Both the position numbers and the translations under genes were made by a program. Positions 10,885 through 21,599 of a stretch of 64,000 bases of DNA are shown piece after piece; position 1 is the stretch's first letter; every line of letters starts with the position of its first letter. The notes beneath the pieces were generated by a model. That model was not told where the DNA came from. It searched no databases and saw nothing but the letters and a program-made list of their open reading frames with translations. The stretch is from Candidatus Bathyarchaeia archaeon (GTDB taxonomy: Archaea > Thermoproteota > Bathyarchaeia > Bathyarchaeales > Bathycorpusculaceae), in assembly GCA_049515895.1 (NCBI GenBank), contig JBEKTQ010000014.1, positions 1 to 64,000 on the forward strand. Reading direction: 5' to 3'.

Positions 10885-13122
10885 CTACACTTTTTGGAGT
10901 TTTTCAATATACTTCTTTCTCAATTCTGGGTCATCAATTTCGGCGAGCATTCTTTTGAATTTGTTAAATACTTCATCTGTTTTAGCGATTCTGTTCCTTC
11001 TTTTTTCATACTCTAGGTTTTCGAGGTTCCTCTTAATTGTATGCGGATCTGGCACTGGAAAAGTGATTTGCCCAGAGGTTTTTAATATTTCTTGGATTTC
11101 AGCAAACAGCTTATTAGCGGTAAACCCAACTCCTGTGAGGATGCACCAACCACGAGTTCTAGTCATTGCTGTAAAAGCCTGATTCCTCCCCTGAACTATT
11201 AACATTGAATTAGCATCTACCTCGTCGAAACCAGTCACGTAAACTATAGTAGCTTCGTTTCCTTTTGCGGGAAAAATATTCGTTAAAGTAACGTATCCTT
11301 TTTTCTGGAAAATGCTACTTGACGTATCTTGTTTAGGAACAATAGCTTCAATATTACTTTGAGAGAGGAGCTGTTTAATCATGAAATGTTCATCTCTACT
11401 TTTCCGCCAATCTAGGGAAATTACCAGAATATCTTCTGGACGCAATTCATCATTTTTGACATTTGATATTATTTGCTCTGAAACCCATTGAGCTTCCTCA
11501 TCCCGATTTTGAAAAGATTTGCACTGAACCAAGTTTTGATAACCAGCGAGTTTTTCTAGACCATGAGGTGAATTTTGTTCGGGTCGCCTGATAGTCAGTT
11601 TCTGCCCCGTCAAAAACTCACCAGTTTGGCTTAATTTAAAATCACCTGCTAATTCATATCCTATGTCTTCCCATCCGCCCGGTTTTGATATAAATTGAAC
11701 AGCACCTTCTGGCCTTAGTAGACCCATCCCAAACATGTGAGCCATAACCAATACTGGGCGGGGTGTACGGTAACAATGATAAAGTATAATATCTTTTTCA
11801 ACTTCGCCATCAGGGTAAGTTCCTTCAAGGTTTACCATTGGCGAGCCATCCGGATTTGACCCAAAAATATCAATGGCTGTCGGTACTTCTAACGCCTCAA
11901 GACTTTGCACTTCGTCATAGGCCCAAATTAATCTTTTAGGTTCTTTCAGGGCATTATAGCAGAGCTTGTAAAAATTAAAGTGAAAATCCTGACCTTCATC
12001 CACTAGAACCGCATCGTATAATTCAGGAATTTTTTCTCCAGAATTTAAAAGCTCTTCACAGCATTTTCCAAAGATTTCATTTTGGTGGCTATAAGTAAAC
12101 AAGTTCTTGGCTTCGTCAAATGATCGAGCATTCCTGCATAGTTTTCCAGCTATTGTTCTATAAAGCCCAGGTGAGTCTCTTGCGCCCCAGCCATCCAGAA
12201 TATGTATTTTTTCCCAGTTTGGATCCTGGTCTGACCAATAATGATAAAAACGTGTTATTAGGCTCTGAATCATCTCACGAAGGCTTCGAGTGTAGAAGGT
12301 ATAGGCGATTTCCCAATTGGGGAACCGAAGATGGAGTTGGGCAGCCTTCATGCAAAGAACAACTGTTTTTCCAGAACCTGAAAGCCCCCTTATACGCTGT
12401 GGTCCGTTTGGAATTGGTACCGAGACTTTAGTTTGTTCTTTGTCAATGCTCATCATCTGCTGCTCTACCTGTCTCATCATGCTTCCTTTTGATTTTGGAT
12501 TAATAGGCTCTAATCTAGGTTCTCTTCTTAGTGCTGGCGTTCCTTGAAGAACGCCACAAGCAAGTTCGAATTGCTCATTTGTTATTAGCGATTGCTTCTC
12601 TTCTGCAGGAACTTGTTGCAGTCTCGTTCTAATCATTAAAGGATCCAAATCATCTCCAAAAATCATAGTTGTAGGACAGGAAGGCGAAAGATTAAACCCT
12701 TTTTCCACCCATTCCGCCCTTGTTATATAGGGCAGGGCGATGAATACGTGAGCCTTAATAACATCTTGTCTTCCCTTTCGTAGAAGGGCTTCGCTTTTGA
12801 ATTTTCCCATAACTGCAAACATTTGATCTTCGGCTTGGGTATATGGTGTTTCCTGAATTGAGTGCCAGTCCCTCATTTTCCAAGAAGCGCCATCTATACT
12901 CTCTATATTGTCTATTTTGCATCCTTTGCATTCGATTATATACAATCCCCACAAGCGATGAAGTATTAAAAAGTCGGGTTCTCGGCGTGATCTGTCTGCA
13001 GAAAATACAGGGTATCGATGAAAACAAAGTCCTTCGTCTTCAGGTAAAGCAAGCTCTAAAGCTTTCCAAATTTCTTTTTCTGCATAGTTACCGCCTTCTG
13101 AATCTCCCCAAAAGAAATTCAT
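10885..13122 (-). CDS. NERD nuclease-SF1 (UvrD-like) helicase fusion, likely defence
   Basis: EPDFLIL..IIECK (NERD); GLSGSGKT; DEGQD; YRTP; AKGNE; AMTR. Confidence 0.85.
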   Translation of the reverse strand: MNFFWGDSEGGNYAEKEIWKALELALPEDEGLCFHRYPVFSADRSRREPDFLILHRLWGLYIIECKGCKIDNIESIDGASWKMRDWHSIQETPYTQAEDQMFAVMGKFKSEALLRKGRQDVIKAHVFIALPYITRAEWVEKGFNLSPSCPTTMIFGDDLDPLMIRTRLQQVPAEEKQSLITNEQFELACGVLQGTPALRREPRLEPINPKSKGSMMRQVEQQMMSIDKEQTKVSVPIPNGPQRIRGLSGSGKTVVLCMKAAQLHLRFPNWEIAYTFYTRSLREMIQSLITRFYHYWSDQDPNWEKIHILDGWGARDSPGLYRTIAGKLCRNARSFDEAKNLFTYSHQNEIFGKCCEELLNSGEKIPELYDAVLVDEGQDFHFNFYKLCYNALKEPKRLIWAYDEVQSLEALEVPTAIDIFGSNPDGSPMVNLEGTYPDGEVEKDIILYHCYRTPRPVLVMAHMFGMGLLRPEGAVQFISKPGGWEDIGYELAGDFKLSQTGEFLTGQKLTIRRPEQNSPHGLEKLAGYQNLVQCKSFQNRDEEAQWVSEQIISNVKNDELRPEDILVISLDWRKSRDEHFMIKQLLSQSNIEAIVPKQDTSSSIFQKKGYVTLTNIFPAKGNEATIVYVTGFDEVDANSMLIVQGRNQAFTAMTRTRGWCILTGVGFTANKLFAEIQEILKTSGQITFPVPDPHTIKRNLENLEYEKRRNRIAKTDEVFNKFKRMLAEIDDPELRKKYIEKLQKV

Positions 13123-13286
13123 TGTTGGATCTCCATAGTCTTTTCTGTTATTGGTCAGTTTGTTTTTAAGGTTTTAGCTGAAGCGCGCGCGAGTAGAATT
13201 TGAACCCGTATCCGTAGGTAAAGTCACCCCAAACAAACGTTCTCTTTTTTAATTATGCCGACTTTTTTAGGGTTTTACTGGTTCAC

Positions 13287-13949
13287 TTAAAGAATTGGTT
13301 TTCGCGTGCTAAAGACTACAAGAATTGAACCCGCGCAAACGGTCCCGCCGAGAAGATGTAAAGGTGCTGCTCCGCCGAGTAAATAAAATCCTGATAATAC
13401 GAGTGAAAAGAACAAAATAGATAGTGCTGCAAGAAAATGTTTTCTATTAATTTTCTCTTTTTTGTTTAAGGAAAAGCTGGAGAGGTCTTTAAATGAGCTT
13501 CCTATCAAGAAAGCAGTGATGCAAAAACCTATTATTGACGTACCTGTTGAAGGAACGCCTTTAAGGAGCCAGATTGCACCGGCAACAACGTATGATGCAA
13601 GAACACTAGTCCAGAAAATAAGAGTAGGGCTTATGCGTTTAGAAACGGCTAACATTCGAAAGTAAAATATAGAAAATGCTATGATTGCAAACGTGAAAAC
13701 GAGGTTTAACCAGATGCCTTGCGTGACTGAACTATATGTTTTTAAGAAATCTTCCTTAAAGTTAAATGGAGAAGTCAGAAAAGCCAGGACATTATTGTAC
13801 CACAAATCTGTTGGCGAAATCAGATAAACACCACTAGCTGTTAAGTATAGGGCAGCAAAGACTAAAGGAACGTAAACCAAGCGCATTCCTAAAGCAATTT
13901 GTTGCAACCTGTTTTCGCTTTTTGTATTTGTTTTCACTCTGGTTGCCAA
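13287..13949 (-). CDS. membrane protein, possibly a rhomboid-like protease
   Basis: About 6 TM; GTS (GxS) and HLLGG motifs at rhomboid-like positions. Confidence 0.5.
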   Translation of the reverse strand: MATRVKTNTKSENRLQQIALGMRLVYVPLVFAALYLTASGVYLISPTDLWYNNVLAFLTSPFNFKEDFLKTYSSVTQGIWLNLVFTFAIIAFSIFYFRMLAVSKRISPTLIFWTSVLASYVVAGAIWLLKGVPSTGTSIIGFCITAFLIGSSFKDLSSFSLNKKEKINRKHFLAALSILFFSLVLSGFYLLGGAAPLHLLGGTVCAGSILVVFSTRKPIL

Positions 13950-14308
13950 TTTGTGTTAATGCTCCTAAATTCTCGGGCCACTATGACGATTTTAAACGTT
14001 GTGTCTGCAGGTCAAATGCTAATATTTGCGTATTTTGCTCATATGGTCCATGCTAACATGAACAAATACGACGCAAATCAGCGTCTTTTTTGAGGATCTA
14101 AAACATTTGTTACAAAAATAGTTTCATGTTTTTTAATAATTTTCGGCTCCTCAATTGCGGGGCATTCAAGTAAGCGAAAAATAGTGTCGAGCCTACCCAA
14201 CTTAAATGCATAGCGCGATAAGAACCAAGGATTTTGACCGCGACTATGGTCGACAATGACTCCATTTTCTTTAGAGATTGCTTATAAGTTTGTTTATTCT
14301 CTGGAAGA

Positions 14309-15115
14309 ATGGAGGTTATATTTACGGGTGTCAACGCTTGGTTGCCTATGGGCTGGTCAAAGGCTGTTTTGCCTCTGGCTATTAAAACTGTAGAAGATGC
14401 CTTCACCCCTGTAGGAACTGCTTTCTTAATAGATTTTCATGGAACTGTTGCATTGGTTACTGCAAAACATTGTGTTTTCGATAGAAGAGGCAAGCCGGAA
14501 AGAGAATTGTACCTTCTTTCAAACTGTATGGGTGGTGGCGGCATCTACTTTCCTTTGGATGAGTTGAAAAGCAAGTTCAATCTATCATGGAAGACTTTAG
14601 GTGAATATGATATCGCAGCTACAATCTTCGTTCAGGCTACTGAAGCAAAAGAGGATGTTTCAAAGTTCAATGTGGATTCTCTTGAAAGTAGTTCTAACAT
14701 TGTTGAGGGCAACGATGTATACTTCTTGGGCTTTCCCCTTTGTCTTGGGGTTTCACCCAATGCTAAGATTACTCCAGTTGTGAGGAATGGTGTGGTCGCA
14801 TTAAGGAACGAGGACAAGAGTTTCATAGTTGATGCTAACATTTTTCCTGGAAGCAGTGGAAGTCCAGTGTTTCTGAAGCCCAATCCATTTGATGTCGACT
14901 GGAGAGGGTTAAGACTAGCAACAAAACTAAGCTCCCCCAAGCTTGTAGGAATAATAACTTCTTATCTTCCTTATACCGATGTTGCAATAAGTCAACAAAC
15001 TGGGGAAGAAAAAATCGCTTTCACTGAAAATTCCGGCCTAGGGTCCGCCTTGTCGGCAGACATAATCAAGGAACTACTAAACTCAAAGGATTTCAATGAT
15101 TTAATTTTGAGATAG
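14309..15115 (+). CDS. trypsin-like serine protease
   Basis: GTAF, TAKH (His), DIA (Asp), PGSSGSP (Ser). Confidence 0.85.
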   Translation: MEVIFTGVNAWLPMGWSKAVLPLAIKTVEDAFTPVGTAFLIDFHGTVALVTAKHCVFDRRGKPERELYLLSNCMGGGGIYFPLDELKSKFNLSWKTLGEYDIAATIFVQATEAKEDVSKFNVDSLESSSNIVEGNDVYFLGFPLCLGVSPNAKITPVVRNGVVALRNEDKSFIVDANIFPGSSGSPVFLKPNPFDVDWRGLRLATKLSSPKLVGIITSYLPYTDVAISQQTGEEKIAFTENSGLGSALSADIIKELLNSKDFNDLILR

Positions 15116-15316
15116 ACGGATTCAGCGCGCTGGCAGCTGGCATTGCAAGTCCCAAAAAGCAACCTATTCAGACGGATGATGTGTCCGTCGCCAGCGTCTC
15201 AGCAGTGACCCTTACTCTGAGCATGGCGTCGTAACAAGGCAATTGGCCCGCGTAAGGAGCGTGTCGGATTGGACTTATCCCCAAACTAGAGTTCAAAACC
15301 CAATCTTCGCCAATAT

Positions 15317-18300
15317 TCAATCCTGTTTTGTCGTTTCCGGCTTATGAGCAAAACAATAAACTGGTTCTTCCGCTCGAGGAACAAATGGAACTCGAACTGA
15401 TTCTCCGCAAATTTCGCATTTCACCAGATAAAGTGGGTTTCCTTTTCTATCAGTTCCAACTTGAACGGGGGCTGGATAGAGGTGTTTTTCACAATAGTAT
15501 TTTTTGTTGCCCACCGGCGCAAATGGGATTCTAGTCAATTCTCCACATTCATAGCATCGGACTTCAAACACGTCTCTACCTTTAACATCTTTCCCGACAG
15601 AAATTAACGGCGTAGGCTCTGGCTGAAGTTGACGCATCTGATCGTTTATTTGTCTGTAGGCCGCGGAAGATGTCTGGTCATCTTTAAGGGTTAGGTTTAG
15701 TCCAATGTTTTCATGCGCTCTTCTCAGAAACTCTAAATCTTCAGCTGAGCCGGCAGGCAAATCGCGCTTAATTTTTTCTAAAACTTCTGCCCATCTTTTC
15801 CCTAAGGCATGGTCAGATATAATTGGAGCACCTTTTTCATCGGTGATTATTTTCCCTTGTTTATTGAATTCGTAGAATCTGCTTTCAATCCCGAAGAATA
15901 AATGATCCAAATTTGTCGGATCATTCAACTGTTCTTCAAAGAGTTCTTTTGAACTTTTCCGAGCAAGTTCATACATATCCCATGGCTCTTCTAAGTTGAA
16001 GGAATCTAACCTTCTTGTTATCTCCATTACGTGAAGGAATATTTTGCCAAGGATTTTTCTAGCCAGCAATGGCGACTCTACTAGAACCCCTATTTCACGG
16101 CTTGATTCTTCATCAGTCTCTTGACCATGCGCCAAAAGGTTATCGCTTGTAATCAGAAACCTGTCTTCATCGATAACCAAAACCTTCGAGTGATTGCACA
16201 TGGGTTTGGCACTGCTCTTGACCGTTCCTTGAGACGCCTTCGTAAAAGTTGAAATTACTTGGCTTGCTTCTTCTATCTCCTTGGTCAACTCATCTTCTGT
16301 TGGGAGTTCCCATTCTGGGTCTTCCATTCCCCAAACTATCCTGATGTGCTTACCTTTTGAAAGAAGTAGGCTAGCAAAAGCTGCATCAAGTCCGGTGTGG
16401 GTTACGCGATCGCTTGCGATAAGAACTGTGTGTTTTGTCTTTGCCACTTGTTCGAACATTATGTCTCGAATATCTTCCCTCTCGACTAGTGTTATGCGGG
16501 GAGAATCAAAATGAGACCACAGGGCATCCTTGAGCTCAATGATTTGATCATACCAATACGCCCAGTCTTTTTCTGTCCATGACGGCTTAATATTGTTGGT
16601 CAGATCAGCGATATGCTCCAGAATTCCTGACAACTTTTCTCTCGAATGTGGTAACGTCCCATTGGCTGTGGCAGAAATTTGTTTTAAGAAAAGACCTGTC
16701 GCTGAATCAGCTTCTTTCGATAGGGTGTCACAGAGGGCGTGCGTTATCGCAGACGACCTCACCATTAAGGTTGACTCTGCATGGTCGCTGGATGGCGAGC
16801 TTGAGCATAAATTCCAGCTGCCTACTGTTGAGTAAGAATTGCTGCAAACGATTATTTTTTCATGTGTCCTAATGGTTGTGGGAACAATTTTGAAGGCAAT
16901 TTCTTTTCGAAGATGCTTCCTCAATTCAATGCCATATTCTGTCGAGGTTTTATTTTGTTCTTCGGTTGTTTCGTCATTCGCATGTCCGTACAGTATTAAA
17001 GCTTCTGCTTGAACCGGTAGGTCGTTCATTATTTCTGCTACCCACTCAACGTATTTAGTGTTCAGGAAGGAGGTCAGAATGGCAATTCTGCTTGTGTCTG
17101 ATACGATTCGACGGAGCGCTTCTCCTTGTTCAAATCCTGACCCGATGCACACGTTAGCGTAAGCTACGTCAGAGGTGAATGTGTAAAGTTCATCCCATTG
17201 TGATAGCCATTTCGAAACAAATTTTGTGGATTCTTTCTTGATTTCTGCGCATTTGTCTGATGAATATTTTCTACCGTATTTTCGCATTATTCGCAGGAAG
17301 CTTTCGACTGAACCGAGCAAGTTGAGGGGCGCGTTCGAAACCCATTCCTGTCTTGTGCCTTTCATCTCGATGGTAGTTGCTAAAATCTCGGGGTTTGCAG
17401 TGTTAATTGTTCTAACTATGCTTTGTGGAGCGTCACAATTAACAAGGTACCTTGAGGTCCCATCTAAAGAGTGGAAGCAAACTGGTATTGCCACCTCAGT
17501 AACCTCTAATATTTGCCAATCGTCGATGTAGTCAACGAAGTTTGGGATTTGATCTGTTTGAAGGGTTCGGGCGGTTCCAATTTCTTTGCGGAGTAACCAA
17601 GTTACTTTGGAAGCTACTTCTTGAAGCGGATAGCTGAGGATGATTTCCTTTATGTTTTCAGTGTTAATCTTCTTTTCAATCATAAAATCGTTTGGTGATT
17701 GCGTCAGCCGCTTGTTGTCGTTAACCCAATCAACGTCGATTAGGTTACCTGTTGACAAATCTACCGCCCATTTTGCTTTGACCGTAGAATTTGTTATTCC
17801 TAAAGCCGATGAAATGCTGCCTGCTGACATATCACGTTTCGTCGTTTCAGAGAGCACGCATTCTTCAGGACTGACAATCACCAGGCCTTGACCAATCGCT
17901 TGTGCGGTTAAAGAAAGAAGCGTTGACCTTGAGATAGCCGTGGTTGCGTCGAGTTTACCGCTATTTCCAGATTCTATCATGGCCTTAATTAAGGCTTGAT
18001 ACGGCTTTTCTCGAGATGTAATTGAGAGATGTATGGTTCCTTCAACGATCGCCATTGGAATAATTATGTTGGAGAAAGAAAGAGTCTTTTGTAATGGTGC
18101 CGGGAAAGGTTTCAATTCGCTTTCTGAAGAGACGCTTTGGTGACGTGTTTTTTGGTTTAGATCTGCTCTTATTCCTTCTTGGCTCTTCAGTCTTTCCCGG
18201 AACATTCTTAAGCTCTTTTTTGTGAACCATTTTGCGTCATGCTTTGCATCGTCGTTGGGCTTCAGTGCGATAGCTTTGTCGAACTCCAAGTTTGCCTCTT

Positions 18301-18667
18301 TATATTTGCCGATCTCGCTTAATGCAAATCCTTTCTTTCTGTGGAAATTGGCAGTGTCAGGGCTGATACTAATTGCATTGTCGAATTCTCTAATGGCGTC
18401 ATCAAATTTCCGCAAGGTGTAAAGGGTCACTCCTTTATTGACGAGGAACCGTGGGTTTTGTCCGTCTATCTGGATGGCAAGATCAAATTCTTTCAGGGCT
18501 TCTTGAAAAGTCCATAGCTCCATATAACAAAGGCCCATTTTGTAATGGAGGTTAGCAGAATCACAACCAAGGCTTTTAGCTCTTTGATATTCACTTAATG
18601 CCTCCCTAAATTTGAAGGAAAGGCGCAGTTTTTCAGCCATATCATAGTTTTCTTGTCCTTTTTCCAA
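15317..18667 (-). CDS. TPR + two PLD (HKD) domains + tandem Zn-ribbons; Mokosh MkoB-like
   Basis: N-terminal TPRs; HEKIIV..GSWN and HSKVLVID..SDN; C-terminal CYECG..CEKH and CEICG..CFAH. Confidence 0.8.
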   Translation of the reverse strand: MEKGQENYDMAEKLRLSFKFREALSEYQRAKSLGCDSANLHYKMGLCYMELWTFQEALKEFDLAIQIDGQNPRFLVNKGVTLYTLRKFDDAIREFDNAISISPDTANFHRKKGFALSEIGKYKEANLEFDKAIALKPNDDAKHDAKWFTKKSLRMFRERLKSQEGIRADLNQKTRHQSVSSESELKPFPAPLQKTLSFSNIIIPMAIVEGTIHLSITSREKPYQALIKAMIESGNSGKLDATTAISRSTLLSLTAQAIGQGLVIVSPEECVLSETTKRDMSAGSISSALGITNSTVKAKWAVDLSTGNLIDVDWVNDNKRLTQSPNDFMIEKKINTENIKEIILSYPLQEVASKVTWLLRKEIGTARTLQTDQIPNFVDYIDDWQILEVTEVAIPVCFHSLDGTSRYLVNCDAPQSIVRTINTANPEILATTIEMKGTRQEWVSNAPLNLLGSVESFLRIMRKYGRKYSSDKCAEIKKESTKFVSKWLSQWDELYTFTSDVAYANVCIGSGFEQGEALRRIVSDTSRIAILTSFLNTKYVEWVAEIMNDLPVQAEALILYGHANDETTEEQNKTSTEYGIELRKHLRKEIAFKIVPTTIRTHEKIIVCSNSYSTVGSWNLCSSSPSSDHAESTLMVRSSAITHALCDTLSKEADSATGLFLKQISATANGTLPHSREKLSGILEHIADLTNNIKPSWTEKDWAYWYDQIIELKDALWSHFDSPRITLVEREDIRDIMFEQVAKTKHTVLIASDRVTHTGLDAAFASLLLSKGKHIRIVWGMEDPEWELPTEDELTKEIEEASQVISTFTKASQGTVKSSAKPMCNHSKVLVIDEDRFLITSDNLLAHGQETDEESSREIGVLVESPLLARKILGKIFLHVMEITRRLDSFNLEEPWDMYELARKSSKELFEEQLNDPTNLDHLFFGIESRFYEFNKQGKIITDEKGAPIISDHALGKRWAEVLEKIKRDLPAGSAEDLEFLRRAHENIGLNLTLKDDQTSSAAYRQINDQMRQLQPEPTPLISVGKDVKGRDVFEVRCYECGELTRIPFAPVGNKKYYCEKHLYPAPVQVGTDRKGNPLYLVKCEICGESVRVPFVPRAEEPVYCFAHKPETTKQD

Positions 18668-18692
18668 CGTTTACCCCCGCATTTCTTTCTAC

Positions 18693-21188
18693 TTAATAGT
18701 AGATACCAAGTTTTCTGCAGTCCACCACTTTGCCGTTTTCCTTGACGTACTCTAGTACGTGGCTGAGTTGTTTCATATCTTCGTGAGCCGCATGAGATGT
18801 GATTTGCCATGTGCACCCTACTATTATCAACTGCCTTCTCATTCTTGAGAACATGACGCATAATCGTTCGGGGTTGATTACAAATCCCCACGCATGTCTG
18901 GGAGTTCCAAATGGATTGTTTCTTACAAGGCTCAAAATAACAAGATCAGCTTCGTGACCCTGGAATGAATCTACGGTGTGGACAGTTTCTCGAGGATTTA
19001 CTCCAGAAATTCCACTAATGTTTTCGGACAAGAGGGGTTTAATCCCGTACCGTCCTGATAGGTGATTGACTTGAGCGTTGTAAGGGGTTATAATTGCCAG
19101 ATCCGGTTTTCCTGAGCCTTCGTATCTTAGCTTTTGAACGATCTGTTTGATAATTTTCATTTCGGTGAAGTTTAGTCTCTGTCCTGAGCGATCTTCTCTA
19201 AAAGCGGGTATGAACCCACTATGGGGAATGTCAATCCAGCAGAGGTCTGGTTCACCCAGTTCAGGATGTGAAAACAAGGGCAGGCTGTCCTCTGGTCTTC
19301 GTCGGTTAATGAATTCGTGATTATAAAAAGTTGGTCCGACCATGTTTGACAGCTTAGGTGCCATTCGGTATTGTTCGTTAAGCATGAATGAGGGGTGTTC
19401 TAATTCCTGAAGCCTGGCAAAGGGGAGAAGCCAATACTTGACCTTTGCCCAATCAAAATTCGAGTCTTTGAAGATTCTTTGAAGCACTGAACTGGTTGCT
19501 ATAAACTCTTTGCTGCTGATTTCTCTGAGGTTTTCCAAATGATCTACTGCAGCAGTCACATCTTCAATCTGGAAAGGTGGCAGTTGTTTTTGATCGCCTA
19601 TTAGTAGAACATTTCTGCCCTGAGCCATTACTGGAATTAATTCCGAAGGATAACACTTTCCCGCTTCTTCTACAACCACTAGGTCAAAGGGTTCCGCGTC
19701 TGCACAATAGAGCCTTTTTATTAGCTCATCCGACATTGTAGTGGCGAAAACAAGTTGAGCTGTTTCAGAGTACAATTTAGTCAAGGCTACGGGTGGCTGG
19801 TTACGAGACTCTTTAAAAAGATAATTCGAAATTTCGTTAAGGTCTTCGTTTGGGGAACCCTCCATAGAGCTATATTCTTGGTTATCCTGATCAGAGTTAA
19901 GATGAACTCTTGAAGCTTGTTTTCCACTTGAACCGTTTGGCACTGGATTGGGCAAAGTGTTACTCGGAATACAGGTGCCCAGCTTTTCTTTAATTCTTGA
20001 CCGTAAGAGATCGAGTGCCAGATGCTCTTTTGAACAGACAAGGATTCGGGCGTTTGGATCGGATTTGAACCATTCTGAAACAACTTCTGTTGCCAAAAAT
20101 GTTTTCCCTGTGCCTGGCGGTCCTTGTACGCAGTAAATTCCTTGATTATTTAAAATATCATGGCAAAGAGTGCTTCGTGTTTCTGTTGGTTTGCAAGTTT
20201 TGGTATTTGGGTTGAACCATCGTTGGATATGACGAAACATTGTTGCTCGGACGATTGCTTTGTGTTTTCTTTTCGAGAGTTCAATTGTGCCTATGTTTTT
20301 CGGGTGACACCATCCAGTTTGGTTGACGTCAGAATTTTCATTAATGACAACTAAAGCATTCTCATTATTTGGCTGCGCCCTAGCAACTCGAACTTCCGCT
20401 CCTTTTGCATCATACGGATTACTTGAGCATGAGAGCACAAGAGTCAGCGATTCGCCCTCGCTTTCACGGATCATGGCAGAATAAAACTCGCGAGCAGATC
20501 TTCTCTGAAGCCTGCCTCTCAACGGATGTGGGAAATTGCGATCAAGAACCAAAAGTGAAGCGTTTTTTGGCACGTCTTCAAGATTTGGGTGCAAATCGAT
20601 CTCATAATGGTAAACCGACTCGTAATCTGCAAGTTCCTCTGCCTCAAGAGTAGCCCGAATCTGAAGGACAAGATCATCATCTGGTTTGTTAGTGCGCCCC
20701 GGCGGCGCCCAGTAATTGAATATTGCCTTATCTGAGGCAGCAAGCTCTTCAAACGACGAATCAAACAAGTGCATGTGCAATGGAGGAATGATTTCCAGTC
20801 CTTCTGAAGTTGTCCAGCAGCTGTTTCCTAGATTTCCGTGAGCGAGACCACGAGCATGAAGTGAAGCTACCGTGGCTTGGAGACTCTTGTCGTTTGCAAA
20901 GCTATCGGAGCTGTATTCTGAGAATTCAGATTGTACATTTGAGGAAGAAACACATCTTACAAAGAATATATCTCCCTGAATCCACCAAACCCGAGGCTCC
21001 ATAACTGCAAAGCCATCAGACCATGCTTTCCACCATAAGCGTAGGTTGCGAGCCCACAAGCCCGTAACCAGTTGCCTAATATTAGAATCCGAAGGAAGAA
21101 CTGAGGAAACGATTACAACATTCTCACGTGCTTCTGGATCGTAGAAACTCTTTGTTTGAGTTTCTATTTCTCGTTCATCTTCAAACAT
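18693..21188 (-). CDS. DNA2/NAM7-type SF1 helicase with degenerate kinase-like N-terminus; Mokosh MkoA-like
   Basis: GPPGTGKT, VEEAG, GDQKQLPP, QYRM, ITPYNAQ, TVDSFQGHEAD; LHARGLAHGNL resembles a kinase catalytic loop. Confidence 0.8.
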   Translation of the reverse strand: MFEDEREIETQTKSFYDPEARENVVIVSSVLPSDSNIRQLVTGLWARNLRLWWKAWSDGFAVMEPRVWWIQGDIFFVRCVSSSNVQSEFSEYSSDSFANDKSLQATVASLHARGLAHGNLGNSCWTTSEGLEIIPPLHMHLFDSSFEELAASDKAIFNYWAPPGRTNKPDDDLVLQIRATLEAEELADYESVYHYEIDLHPNLEDVPKNASLLVLDRNFPHPLRGRLQRRSAREFYSAMIRESEGESLTLVLSCSSNPYDAKGAEVRVARAQPNNENALVVINENSDVNQTGWCHPKNIGTIELSKRKHKAIVRATMFRHIQRWFNPNTKTCKPTETRSTLCHDILNNQGIYCVQGPPGTGKTFLATEVVSEWFKSDPNARILVCSKEHLALDLLRSRIKEKLGTCIPSNTLPNPVPNGSSGKQASRVHLNSDQDNQEYSSMEGSPNEDLNEISNYLFKESRNQPPVALTKLYSETAQLVFATTMSDELIKRLYCADAEPFDLVVVEEAGKCYPSELIPVMAQGRNVLLIGDQKQLPPFQIEDVTAAVDHLENLREISSKEFIATSSVLQRIFKDSNFDWAKVKYWLLPFARLQELEHPSFMLNEQYRMAPKLSNMVGPTFYNHEFINRRRPEDSLPLFSHPELGEPDLCWIDIPHSGFIPAFREDRSGQRLNFTEMKIIKQIVQKLRYEGSGKPDLAIITPYNAQVNHLSGRYGIKPLLSENISGISGVNPRETVHTVDSFQGHEADLVILSLVRNNPFGTPRHAWGFVINPERLCVMFSRMRRQLIIVGCTWQITSHAAHEDMKQLSHVLEYVKENGKVVDCRKLGIYY

Positions 21189-21284
21189 TGAGCCTCATTC
21201 TTTTGGAATGTTTCAGCTTCACATACTATAACTTATTGAATTCGTAGTATAGATTTATTAATTGTAGAAGAAATATGCACTTAT

Positions 21285-21599
21285 ATGGGTGGGTCTGGTC
21301 ACGATCATGGCGGTAGAGGAGAAAACAGAAGTGGTTTCCAGACTCGCAGTAGGGAACATGACCGACGCGAAGCATTGCGGGCTTTGGACAAAGCTACACG
21401 TGATAACCGAGCTAACCAATTGAACCCAACGCATTCGGCTTATCATCTAAGTGGGCTTTCTAATGAACAGTTTGGCTCGGCTTCTAAGATGACTATTGAG
21501 GATGCTCGCAGGATTCAATCAAGTTCTGACCGAGAAGACAAGAATGAAGATTTCAAGTCAAGAGCTATGTCTGCTGCCGCCAAGAATGAGAACAAATGA
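21285..21599 (+). CDS. small hydrophilic protein with SMP/LEA-like C-terminus
   Basis: DNRANQLNP motif and MTIEDARRIQS..DFKSRAMSAAAKN. Confidence 0.65.
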   Translation: MGGSGHDHGGRGENRSGFQTRSREHDRREALRALDKATRDNRANQLNPTHSAYHLSGLSNEQFGSASKMTIEDARRIQSSSDREDKNEDFKSRAMSAAAKNENK

